DNA from: an uncultured Acidobacteriota bacterium
GTDB lineage: Bacteria > Acidobacteriota > Thermoanaerobaculia > Multivoradales > SZUA-115
Reading direction: 5' to 3'
Assembly: GCA_963805975.1 (NCBI GenBank)
Contig: CAWDVR010000001.1
Location: forward strand, 1,408,001 to 1,472,000
Length of the DNA: 64,000 nucleotides
The first letter of the stretch is position 1; the number at the start of each line of letters is the position of its first letter. The notes beneath the pieces are model-generated. The model searched no databases. It saw nothing but the letters and a program-made list of their open reading frames with translations, and was not told where the DNA came from. Made by a program: the position numbers and the translations under genes. Shown one piece after another: positions 1 to 8,583 of this stretch.

Positions 1-2
1 CG

Positions 3-173
3 GTGCGGGTCGGCGGCGTGCGCTGGACGGTGAAGGACGGCATCGTCTACGACGCGCCCAAGCTCCTGGCCGACGTGCGGCGCATGGTGCGCGAAGCCAA
101 GGACCAGGAGGGCCGCGAGATCGTGCAGCCGGGGATGCCGGGGGACGAGCCGAAAGCCGCGGCGAAGGAGTAG
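3..173 (+). CDS. C-terminal fragment of an amidohydrolase-family protein (5' truncated by window edge)
   Basis: Frame 3 reads VRVGGVRWTVKDGIVYDAPKLLADVRRMV... to TAG at 171-173, resembling the closing beta-strands of amidohydrolases. Confidence 0.55.
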   Translation: MRVGGVRWTVKDGIVYDAPKLLADVRRMVREAKDQEGREIVQPGMPGDEPKAAAKE

Positions 174-254
174 GGCGCTTGACCAGCTCCGGCCGCCCTG
201 CGAACATCGGGTTCCGTTTTGCCGTATACGGCTGCGAAAGGAAACCCCATTCCG

Positions 255-2174
255 ATGAGAACCTCACTCCGCCCCGTCCGCCCGCTCCTGCTCGTCGCCC
301 TCGCTCTCGCCGTGACCGCGGGGGCCGGCGCCGCCGAGGTCCCGCGCTACTCGATCGAGGACTTCCTCACCACCACCAGCCTGCGCGGCGGCTCCTTCTC
401 GCCCGACAAGAGCAAGATCCTGGTGTCGAGCGACCAGAGCGGGGTGTTCAATGCCGTCGCCATCCCGGTGGACGGCAAGCCGGCCGTCGAGCTCACCCAC
501 TCGACGGTCGACGGCGTCAACGTCGTCTCCTACTTCCCCGCGGACGAGCGCTTCCTCTACGTCTCGGACCAGGGCGGCAACGAGAACGACCACGTCTACG
601 TGCGTGAGCTCGACGGCCGGGTCGTCGACCTCACCCCCGGCGACAAGCTGAAGGCCGACTTCCTCAAATGGGCGCAGGACGACAAGTCCTTCTTCGTGAT
701 CAGCAACGAGCGCGACGCCAAGTTCTTCGACGTCTACGAGATCCAGCTCGAGGGCTACAAGCGCAGCCTGTTCTACCAGGACGACCAGGGGCTGCAGGTG
801 GGCGATATCTCGCCCGACAAGCGCTACATCGCATTCGGCAAGCCGGCCACCACCACCGACGTCGACGTGCTGCTGTACGACCGGCAGACGAAGGAGCTCA
901 AGAACATCACCCAGCACGAGGGCGAGGTCAACAACCTGCCGCAGGCCTTCAGCCCGGACGGCAAGGCCCTCTACTTCACCACCGACCAGGGCTCCGAGTT
1001 CAGCTACCTGGCGCGCTACGACCTCGCGAGCGGCAAGGTCAGCGAGGTGGTGCGGCCGGAGTGGGACCTGGTCTCCGCCACCTTCTCGAAGAACGGCGAG
1101 TTCCTGGGGGTGCTGATCAATCACGATGCGCGCAACGAGCTGCGCCTCTTCCGCGCCGCCACCATGGAGCGCGTGGCCCTGCCCGAGCTTCCCGGCCTGG
1201 ACATCGGCATGATCCGCTTCTCGAACGACGCCAAGCGGCTGGCGTTCTACGGCTTCTCCGGCCGCTCGCCTTCCAACCTCTTCGTCTTCGACCTGGGCGA
1301 CAAGGCGCCGCGCCAGCTCACCCAGACGCTGAACGCGAAGATCAAGCCGGAGCACCTGGTCGAAGGCGAGGTGGTGCGCTTCGCCTCCTTCGACGGCCGC
1401 CAGGTTCCCGGCATCCTCTACCAGCCGCACGGCGCGAGCCCGGCCCACAAGGTGCCGGCGCTCCTCTGGGTGCACGGCGGCCCCGGTGGCCAGTCGCGGA
1501 TCGGCTACAGCGGGCTGGTCCAGTTCCTGGTCAACCACGGCTACGCCGTCTACGCGATCAACAACCGCGGCTCCTCCGGCTACGGCAAGACCTTCTTCAA
1601 GCTCGACGACCGCAACCACGGCGACGGCGATCTCAAGGACTGCGTCGAGAGCAAGAAGATGCTCGCCGCCACCGGCTGGGTGGACCCGGCGCGCATCGGC
1701 ATCCTGGGCGGCAGCTACGGCGGCTACATGGTGCTCGCCGCGCTCGCCTTCGAGCCCCAGGAGTTCAACGTCGGCGTCGACCTCTTCGGCGTCTCGAACT
1801 GGCTGCGCACCATGAAGAGCATCCCGCCCTACTGGGAGTCGTTCCGGAAAGCGCTCTACCAGGAGATCGGCGATCCCGCGGTCGACGAGGAGTACCTGCG
1901 CCGCATCTCGCCGCTCTTCCACGCCAAGAACATCGTCAAGCCGCTGTTCGTGCTCCAGGGCGCCAACGACCCGCGGGTGATCAAGCCGGAGTCGGACGAG
2001 ATCGTGGCCGCGGCGCGCGCCAACGGAGTGCCGGTCGAGTACCTGGTGTTCGACGACGAAGGGCACGGCATCGAGAAGAAGGCCAACCAGTTCAAGGCCT
2101 ACCAGGCGGTGCTGACCTTCCTCGACACCCACCTGAAGACGGCCGCCGCCAAGCCGGCCGGGCCGGCCTCGTAG
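255..2174 (+). CDS. S9 family (prolyl oligopeptidase/acylaminoacyl) peptidase, secreted
   Basis: Signal peptide after ATG 255; beta-propeller SPDG/SPDK repeats; HGGP, GGSYGG nucleophile, NDPRV and DEGH triad motifs. Confidence 0.92.
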   Translation: MRTSLRPVRPLLLVALALAVTAGAGAAEVPRYSIEDFLTTTSLRGGSFSPDKSKILVSSDQSGVFNAVAIPVDGKPAVELTHSTVDGVNVVSYFPADERFLYVSDQGGNENDHVYVRELDGRVVDLTPGDKLKADFLKWAQDDKSFFVISNERDAKFFDVYEIQLEGYKRSLFYQDDQGLQVGDISPDKRYIAFGKPATTTDVDVLLYDRQTKELKNITQHEGEVNNLPQAFSPDGKALYFTTDQGSEFSYLARYDLASGKVSEVVRPEWDLVSATFSKNGEFLGVLINHDARNELRLFRAATMERVALPELPGLDIGMIRFSNDAKRLAFYGFSGRSPSNLFVFDLGDKAPRQLTQTLNAKIKPEHLVEGEVVRFASFDGRQVPGILYQPHGASPAHKVPALLWVHGGPGGQSRIGYSGLVQFLVNHGYAVYAINNRGSSGYGKTFFKLDDRNHGDGDLKDCVESKKMLAATGWVDPARIGILGGSYGGYMVLAALAFEPQEFNVGVDLFGVSNWLRTMKSIPPYWESFRKALYQEIGDPAVDEEYLRRISPLFHAKNIVKPLFVLQGANDPRVIKPESDEIVAAARANGVPVEYLVFDDEGHGIEKKANQFKAYQAVLTFLDTHLKTAAAKPAGPAS

Positions 2175-2179
2175 TCGCG

Positions 2180-3278
2180 ATGACGACCGCCGACCGCCGG
2201 CTGTTCGTCGCCACCAGCGAGGGCCTGTTCCGCCTCGAGCACGACGGCGAGTGGCAGGTCCGCCAGGTTTCGTTCCCGGGCGCTCCGGTGAGCATGGTGC
2301 TGCCGGACCGCCGCGACGGCACGCTCTACGCCGCGCTCGACCTCGGCCCCTCCGGGGTGAAGCTCCATCGCTCGGCCGATGGCGGCAACGCCTGGGAGGA
2401 GATCGGCGCTCCGGCCTATCCGCCGCAGCCCGAGGCCGCCGCCCACGACCAGCACCCGTGGTCGGTGAAGCTCGTCTGGTCTCTCGAGGCCGGCGGCCCG
2501 GACCAGCCCGGCCTGCTGTGGGCCGGCACGGTACCGGGCGGGCTCTTCCTCTCCCGCGACCGCGGCACCACCTGGCAGCTCGTCGCCTCGCTCTGGAACC
2601 GGCCCGAGCGCCAGGAGTGGTTCGGCGGCGGCCACGACCTGCCCGGCATCCACTCGATCCTCGTCGACCCGCGGAGCTCGAACCACCTGCTGGTCGCGGT
2701 CTCTTGCGGCGGCGTGTGGCGCACCGAGGACCTGGGAGCCACCTGGGAGCTCTCCGCCAAGGGCATGTGGGCCGCCTACATGCCGCCCGAGCGGCGCGAG
2801 GACCAGCGCATCCAGGACGCCCACCGCGTGGTGCGCGCTCCGGCCGACCCGGACATCCTCTATGCCCAGCACCACAACTCCGCCTTCGTGAGCCGTGACG
2901 GCGGGCGCCGCTGGCAGGATCTCACCGCCATCCGCCCGTCCGCCTTTGGGCTCACGGTCGCCGTCCATCCCCACGAGCCCGACACTGCCTGGTTCGTGCC
3001 GGCGGTGAAGGGCGAGTGCCGCGTGCCGGTGGGCGGCAAGCTGGTGGTCGCCCGTACCAGGAACGGCGGCGACCACTTCGAGGTCATCTCCCGCGGCCTG
3101 CCGGAAGAGGACGCCCAGCGACATCGTCTCTCGCCACGCCCTCGACGTGGACGCCTCCGGCAACCAGCTCGCCATGGGCTCCACCACCGGCTCGCTCTGG
3201 ACCAGCGACGACTCCGGCTCGAGCTGGCGAGCGATTGCGGAGCCCCTGCCGCCGATCCTCTGCGTGCGGTTCGGGTAG
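2180..3278 (+). CDS. BNR/Asp-box beta-propeller (exo-alpha-sialidase-like) protein with a +1 frameshift near 3118
   Basis: Repeated SxDGGxxW motifs; conserved tail DIVSRHALDVD...GSTTGSLWTSDDSGSSW...LPPILCVRFG* continues in the next frame to TAG 3276-3278. Confidence 0.8.
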
Positions 3279-3290
3279 GGCGACCGCTCA

Positions 3291-3311
3291 GCCGAGCAGC
3301 CACTGCTCGGC
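3291..3311. terminator. Hairpin between convergent genes
   Basis: GCCGAGCAG-cca-CTGCTCGGC, 9-bp perfect stem; no U-tract. Confidence 0.45.
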
Positions 3312-3328
3312 GCCGCGCCGCTGGCGCT

Positions 3329-3706
3329 TTATAGCGACTTGGTCGAATACAGGATCTTCTTTCGCCGGCGCCAGTCGCCAGCGGGAACGGTCGGCGAGCC
3401 GGCGACGGCCGTGGCGGGCCTCAGGTAGGCATGGGCCTCTGAGCCGTCGGCCAGCGGGATGACGACGCGGCGGTAGAGATCGGGGTGCTGCTCGAACTGG
3501 TCCAGCCGGGCCACGGTGCGCGGGCCGACCTCGTACAGCTCGCCGGCCACCGCCGTACCGCCGCCGGCCACCAGCGCCGGGTAGGAGCCCAGGTCCGCGA
3601 GCTCAAAGAGCGGTGCCGTGAGCACGCGGCCGAGAAACCGGGCACGGGCGAGAAAGCGATGGTTCGGCTCGCCGCGCATCAGTGAGCCATAGACGAAGAG
3701 CCGCAT
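3329..3706 (-). CDS. Gamma-glutamylcyclotransferase family protein
   Basis: N-terminal LFVYGSLMRG motif; GELYEV and LDQFE motifs. Confidence 0.9.
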   Translation of the reverse strand: MRLFVYGSLMRGEPNHRFLARARFLGRVLTAPLFELADLGSYPALVAGGGTAVAGELYEVGPRTVARLDQFEQHPDLYRRVVIPLADGSEAHAYLRPATAVAGSPTVPAGDWRRRKKILYSTKSL

Positions 3707-3756
3707 CGTGAGGTCATTATCTGCGAGCCCTTCCTGACCGAGCTAAGATCTCGCTC

Positions 3757-5784
3757 ATGCTCAGCTCCGAGACTGCGTCACGCACGCTCACCACCGCCTG
3801 CCCGCTCGACTGCCCGGACGCCTGCAGCCTCGAAGTGCAGATCGAGGACGGCCGTGTGGTGAAGCTCGACGGCGATCACCGCAACCCGATCACCGCCGGC
3901 TTCATCTGCACCAAGGTGCGGCACTTCCCCCGGCACGTCTACGGACCCTACCGGCTGCTCCACCCCGCGGTGCGCGACGGCGCCAAGGGTGAGGGCCGCT
4001 TCCGGCGCACCTCCTGGGACGAGGCCCTGGGGCTCGTCGCCGCGCGCCTCGAGGCGGCGCGGGCGCGGCACGGCGGCGAGGCCATCCTGCCTTTCTCCTA
4101 CGGCGGCTCGAACGGCGCGCTGACCCAGAACACCACGGACGCCCGCCTCTTCCGGCGGCTCGGGGCCTCGCGCCTGGAGCGCACGGTGTGCGCCGCCGCC
4201 ACCACGCGCGCCACACAGGGCCTCTACGGCCGCATGCCGGGCATCGCCTACCCGGACTTCGCCGAGGCCAGGCTGATCGTGCTCTGGGGCGCCAACCCTT
4301 CCGCCTCGGGCATCCACCTGGTCCCCTGGATTCAGGAGGCGCAGCACCGCGGCGCACGGCTCGTGGTCGTCGACCCCCGCCGCGTGCCGCTGGCCAAGAA
4401 GGCGGACCTCCATCTGGCGCTGCGGCCGGGCACGGACCTGCCTGTCGCCCTGGCGGTGATCCGCTGGCTGTTCGAGAACGGCAAGGCCGATCTCGACTTC
4501 CTGAGCCGGCACGCCACGGGAGCCGAGGAGCTGCGGCGCCGGGCGGAGCCCTGGACGATCGAGCGGGCGGCCGAAGTGGCCCAGGTGCCGGCCGCGGACC
4601 TCGAGCGGCTGGCCTCGCTGTACGCCGAGGCGTCGCCGGCCCTGGTCCGCTGTGGCTGGGGCCTGGAGCGCAACCGCAACGGCGGCTCGGCGGTGGCGGC
4701 CGTGCTCGCGCTGCCCGCGGTGGCCGGCAAGTTCGGCGTGCGCGGCGGCGGCTACACGCTATCGAACTCTTCTCACTGGAACCTGGATACCTCGGCCGCC
4801 GTGGGCGAGGCGCCGAAAACCACGCGCAACCTCAACATGAACCGACTCGGGCGCGACCTGCTGGGAAGCCGGCCGCCGGTCGAGGCGCTCTTCGTCTACA
4901 ACGCCAACCCGCTGGCCACGATCCCGAACCAGGAGGCGGTGCGCGCCGGGCTCCTGCGCGAGGACCTCTTCACCGTGGTCTTCGACGCGGTGATGACGGA
5001 CACCGCCCGCTACGCCGACGTGGTGCTGCCGGCGACCACGTTCCTCGAGCACGCCGAGCTGTCGCGCGGCTACGGCTCGGTGGTGATGCAGCAGATCGAG
5101 CCGGTGATCGCGCCGGTCGGCGAGGCGCGGCCCAACTTCGACGTGTTCCTGGAGCTCTGCGACCGGCTCGGCCTCTCACGGCCGGAGGACGCGCGCACGC
5201 CGGCCGAGTTCCGCGCCGCGGCGCTCGCCGCCCACGGCGATGGCGAGCGGCTGGCGGCCGAGCTCGAAGCAGGGCGCCTGGCGTGGCCGGCCGTCGACCG
5301 CCCGGTGCAGATGGTGGACGTATTTCCGCGCACGCCGGGCCAGAAGGTGCAACTGGTGCCCGCCGACGTGGAAGCCGAGACCGCCTCCGGGATGTACCGC
5401 TTCCAGGAGGACCCGGCCACCGCGGCCTTCCCGCTGGCGCTGATCTCGCCGGCGAGCTCGAAGACCATCAGCTCGACGCTCGGCCAGCTCGACCGTAAAC
5501 CGGCGGCGCTCGAGCTGCACCCGCAGGACGCGGCAGTTCGCGGCATCGCCGACGGGGACCGCGTGCGGGTCTGGAACCCGCTCGGCGAGGTCCACTGCGC
5601 GGCCCGCCTCTCGGCCGACCTCAAGCCCGGCGTGGCCGCGCTGCCCAAGGGCCTGTGGAGCCACCACACCGCCAACGGCGCCACCAGCAACGCCCTCTGC
5701 CCGGACACCTACACCGACTTCGCCGGCGGAGCGTGCTTCAACGACGCGCGGGTGGAGGTGGAAGTGCTGCGAGTCTCCGGCTGA
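3757..5784 (+). CDS. Molybdopterin-dependent oxidoreductase (MopB superfamily, uncharacterised clade)
   Basis: CPLDCPDAC...C Fe4S4 motif, WDEAL, RPGTD, TARYADVVLP, C-terminal molybdopterin dinucleotide-binding domain. Confidence 0.9.
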   Translation: MLSSETASRTLTTACPLDCPDACSLEVQIEDGRVVKLDGDHRNPITAGFICTKVRHFPRHVYGPYRLLHPAVRDGAKGEGRFRRTSWDEALGLVAARLEAARARHGGEAILPFSYGGSNGALTQNTTDARLFRRLGASRLERTVCAAATTRATQGLYGRMPGIAYPDFAEARLIVLWGANPSASGIHLVPWIQEAQHRGARLVVVDPRRVPLAKKADLHLALRPGTDLPVALAVIRWLFENGKADLDFLSRHATGAEELRRRAEPWTIERAAEVAQVPAADLERLASLYAEASPALVRCGWGLERNRNGGSAVAAVLALPAVAGKFGVRGGGYTLSNSSHWNLDTSAAVGEAPKTTRNLNMNRLGRDLLGSRPPVEALFVYNANPLATIPNQEAVRAGLLREDLFTVVFDAVMTDTARYADVVLPATTFLEHAELSRGYGSVVMQQIEPVIAPVGEARPNFDVFLELCDRLGLSRPEDARTPAEFRAAALAAHGDGERLAAELEAGRLAWPAVDRPVQMVDVFPRTPGQKVQLVPADVEAETASGMYRFQEDPATAAFPLALISPASSKTISSTLGQLDRKPAALELHPQDAAVRGIADGDRVRVWNPLGEVHCAARLSADLKPGVAALPKGLWSHHTANGATSNALCPDTYTDFAGGACFNDARVEVEVLRVSG

Positions 5785-5789
5785 AGCCC

Positions 5790-6956
5790 TTGAGCTCCTT
5801 CACAGCTCAGCTCCTGACGCCTGCCCTTCTGCTGCTCACCCTCAGCGGTTGTCGCGGGCTGCAGCCGTTGCCCGCACCGCGGGCGCTGTCTCTTCCTTCC
5901 GCCACTGAGTCTGCCGCGTTCTGGCGCGAGGTGGAGGCTGGCAACCCTTTGCCCGCTGTTTCGGAGAGCGCCTGGCGCAGCACCATGCGCATGGTCTGGG
6001 CGGACCTTGCCGGGAAGAAGAAAGCGCAGCGCCAGGCGACTTCCTGCCGGAGCGAGCCGCCCGCGGGCTTCGAGGCGCTCGAAGGCATCGCAGTACCCGG
6101 CGCTCCCCCGCTCTTCGCCTACTTCGCGCGCGGCCGCGCCGAGCGCCCCATCGTGCTCGTGCTGCACGGCCTCTACGACAGCCGCAACTCGCTCTACGTC
6201 GAGCGCACGGCGCGCTGGCTGGCGGACCAGGGCTTCGGCGTGCTGGTGCCGGACATGCGCTGGCACGGTTGCCTGCTGTCCGAGGAGTGGCTGCCGGCAC
6301 TGGGCCTCCAGGAGGCGCGCGACCTCGTGGCCTGGGGGCAATGGCTTCACGAGCGCGAGCCGGGGCGCGAGCTGGGCCTCTTCGGCTTCAGCCTGGGTGC
6401 GCTGGACGTGATCCACGCCCTCGCCGCCGACGAGGCGCCGGAAGTGTTCCGGGCCGGCGGCGTCGCGGTATCGCCGCCGGCCGAGCTGGCGCGCACGCTC
6501 GCCGCCCTCGACCGCGGCACCCGGGCGGCCGACCGCGGCCTGCTGCGCCTGCTCGACCGCGGGTTCCGGGACCTGCTCCTCCTCCGCATCCGCGACCAGA
6601 AGATCGCGCCCGCCGGCGCCGCTGTACGAGAGCCCTTTGGCTTGCTGCTGGATCATGTGATCCGGACGCGGTTCGCGGCATTGCGGCTGACGCGCGAGCG
6701 CCTGTTCGCGCTGACCGATCCGGCGCCCAGGCTGCGAGCCGCCAAGCGGCCGTTGCTGCTCCTGACGACCAGCAACGACCCGCTCTTCGGCGAGCTGGCC
6801 GCCGCCGCTCTCGGCAGCGCCGCGAGAGACAACCCGCTGGTGCGCGTGATCGAAACTCCCTACGGCGGCCACATCGGGCAGCTCGGGCTGTATCCGCAGT
6901 GGATGGCGGATCTCGTGGCGAGGTTCTTCGCCGGCTCTACCGACATCGCCGGATGA
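5790..6956 (+). CDS. Alpha/beta hydrolase lipoprotein
   Basis: TTG start, hydrophobic stretch with lipobox LSGC, HG oxyanion motif, GFSLG, NDP, GGH. Confidence 0.8.
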   Translation: MSSFTAQLLTPALLLLTLSGCRGLQPLPAPRALSLPSATESAAFWREVEAGNPLPAVSESAWRSTMRMVWADLAGKKKAQRQATSCRSEPPAGFEALEGIAVPGAPPLFAYFARGRAERPIVLVLHGLYDSRNSLYVERTARWLADQGFGVLVPDMRWHGCLLSEEWLPALGLQEARDLVAWGQWLHEREPGRELGLFGFSLGALDVIHALAADEAPEVFRAGGVAVSPPAELARTLAALDRGTRAADRGLLRLLDRGFRDLLLLRIRDQKIAPAGAAVREPFGLLLDHVIRTRFAALRLTRERLFALTDPAPRLRAAKRPLLLLTTSNDPLFGELAAAALGSAARDNPLVRVIETPYGGHIGQLGLYPQWMADLVARFFAGSTDIAG

Positions 6957-6963
6957 CCCGATC

Positions 6964-7473
6964 TCAGGCGCGCTCGTCGGGCGTGGTGACGTCCGGCACC
7001 TCTTCGCCGAGCGCCGTCGCGAGGTCGATCTGGTGCTCCTGCTCGGCCTTCAGGATCTCGCGGATGTGCTCCGCCATGGCGTACTCGCCCAGCGCCTCGC
7101 ACTGGCGGACGCGCTGGCGGTAGTGGCGGATCGTCTCGTTCTCGTTTTCGAGATCGAAGCGCAGCATGTCCTTGGCCTTGTCCGAGGTCTTGACCGGCTT
7201 CGCGGTCACCGTCGGCATGCCGCCCAGGTAGTCGATCTGCTTGGCGATGACGAGGGCGTGCTGGAGCTCCTCGGCGGCGTGGATCTCCAGCTCGTCGGCG
7301 ATCGCCATGTAGGCGGCGCCCTTGAGCACCTGCGAGTAGACCACGTAGGCGATGATCGCCTGGTACTCGCGCGACAAGTCTTCGTTGAGCAGACGGATCA
7401 GCTCTTGACGGCTGATCGGCGCATCGGTCTGCACTGCAGTCTTCTTCGCTGCGGACGGGGGTCGCTTGGCCAC
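6964..7473 (-). CDS. Ferritin-like / bacterioferritin domain protein
   Basis: Di-iron carboxylate pattern E...EExxH...E...EQEH; YLGG; SD AAGGAG before GTG. Confidence 0.88.
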   Translation of the reverse strand: MAKRPPSAAKKTAVQTDAPISRQELIRLLNEDLSREYQAIIAYVVYSQVLKGAAYMAIADELEIHAAEELQHALVIAKQIDYLGGMPTVTAKPVKTSDKAKDMLRFDLENENETIRHYRQRVRQCEALGEYAMAEHIREILKAEQEHQIDLATALGEEVPDVTTPDERA

Positions 7474-7514
7474 GTTCGTCTCCTTGGCAGAGAGTCAGGT
7501 TTCTCGCTCGGCAC

Positions 7515-7599
7515 TGCAAGGCCCATTCCGCCGAGCAGATGTGAAGCGGCGGGCCCTGATGCTCGGTTCTGTGACAGGAATGGCAACTTTTTCCGTTGC
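7515..7599 (-). promoter_or_regulatory. Candidate sigma54 promoter with upstream activator-binding palindromes for the ferritin-like gene
   Basis: Minus strand CGGAATGGGCCTTGCA (GG-N10-GC) at 7530-7515; GCAAC-N7-GTTGC at 7583-7599; TGACA-N4-TGGCA at 7572-7585. Confidence 0.5.
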
Positions 7600-7610
7600 G
7601 CGGCCGGCGG

Positions 7611-8129
7611 TCATCCCGTGGTTTCGTAGCTCTTCCGGCGCTCCATGAGGTCGTCCCTCACGCGAAAGCCAAAGCGCTCGTAAAGACTTCGGCTGCGCGG
7701 CGTCGGCCAGAGGAGGGCGGCGTCGACGTTGGCGGCGGCGCACTCGGCAAGGGTGGCTTCGAGCAGCGCCGCTCCCACTCCGTGGCCGCGGTGCGAGGGC
7801 ACCACGTAGAGGTTGCTCACGTAGCCGTGCCACTCCGGCTCGGCGACCGGGTTGGGGACTTTCTCGAGGAGCTGCAAGAGGATCGTACCGACGATCGCCC
7901 CGGGCACCACCGCGACCCAGCAGCGCCAGGCGCTCTTCGGCCCCAGTCGCTCGGCCATCCAGGTCTCGCAGCGGCCCAGGAACATCTCCTCCGGCTCCTC
8001 GGGAGCGAGGATCGCGGCGCGGAACTCGTAGCGCAGCCGCGCCAGCTCCGCCGCGTCCTCGGGCGTGGCGCGCCGGATGACCGGCGACGGCGCCTCGCCT
8101 GCCACGGGGTCCACGGGAAAGGCGTCCAT
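7611..8129 (-). CDS. GNAT family N-acetyltransferase
   Basis: IRRATPEDA start motif, LYVVPSHRGHGVG acetyl-CoA motif, LYERFGF. Confidence 0.88.
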   Translation of the reverse strand: MDAFPVDPVAGEAPSPVIRRATPEDAAELARLRYEFRAAILAPEEPEEMFLGRCETWMAERLGPKSAWRCWVAVVPGAIVGTILLQLLEKVPNPVAEPEWHGYVSNLYVVPSHRGHGVGAALLEATLAECAAANVDAALLWPTPRSRSLYERFGFRVRDDLMERRKSYETTG

Positions 8130-8178
8130 TTGCGCACGATGGTACACCCTGGAACCCACCGTCGTGCTGCAGCCGGCC

Positions 8179-8224
8179 TCTTGACGATCACATCTTGACA
8201 ATCAAGAGGTGATCTGGCTATCTT
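8179..8224 (+). promoter_or_regulatory. Sigma70 promoter overlapped by palindromic operator(s), probably PadR autoregulation
   Basis: TTGACA 8195-8200 and TGGC-TATCTT (hexamer 8219-8224); perfect TCTTGA-CAA-TCAAGA 8193-8207 and degenerate copy TCTTGA-CGA-TCACAT at 8179. Confidence 0.65.
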
Positions 8225-8231
8225 GGGTCCC

Positions 8232-8581
8232 ATGGACGGAACCAAGACCGACGAAGCGAACACCGACGTCATCCAGGGCACGATGGACCTGCTGATCCTG
8301 AAGACCTGAGCCTCCAGCCCATGCACGGCTTCGGCATCGCCCGCCGCATCGAGCAGATCTCGCGCGGCGTCTTCAAGGTCAACCCGGGGTCGCTCCTCAC
8401 CGCGCTGCAGCGGCTCGAGCGCGCCGGCTGGCTCGACGCCGAGTGGCGCCAGACGGAGAACTCGCGGCGCGCCAAGTTCTACACGCTCACCCGCGCCGGC
8501 CGGAAGCAGCTCGAGGTCGAGACCGCGGACTGGACCCGCCGGGCCTCGGCCATCGCCCGCCTGCTCAAGGCCGAGGGCTGA
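8232..8581 (+). CDS. PadR family transcriptional regulator (acidobacterial type) with a 1-nt deletion near 8306
   Basis: IQGTMDLLILKT then, in shifted frame, SLQPMHGFGIARRIEQ...GSLLTALQRLE...ENSRRAKFYTLT. Confidence 0.85.
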
Positions 8582-8583
8582 CC

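Noticed and set aside
3100-3130. Programmed ribosomal frameshifting at this site and at 39750 and 54933
   Set aside because: No slippery heptamer or stimulatory structure was seen; scattered indels fit sequencing error better
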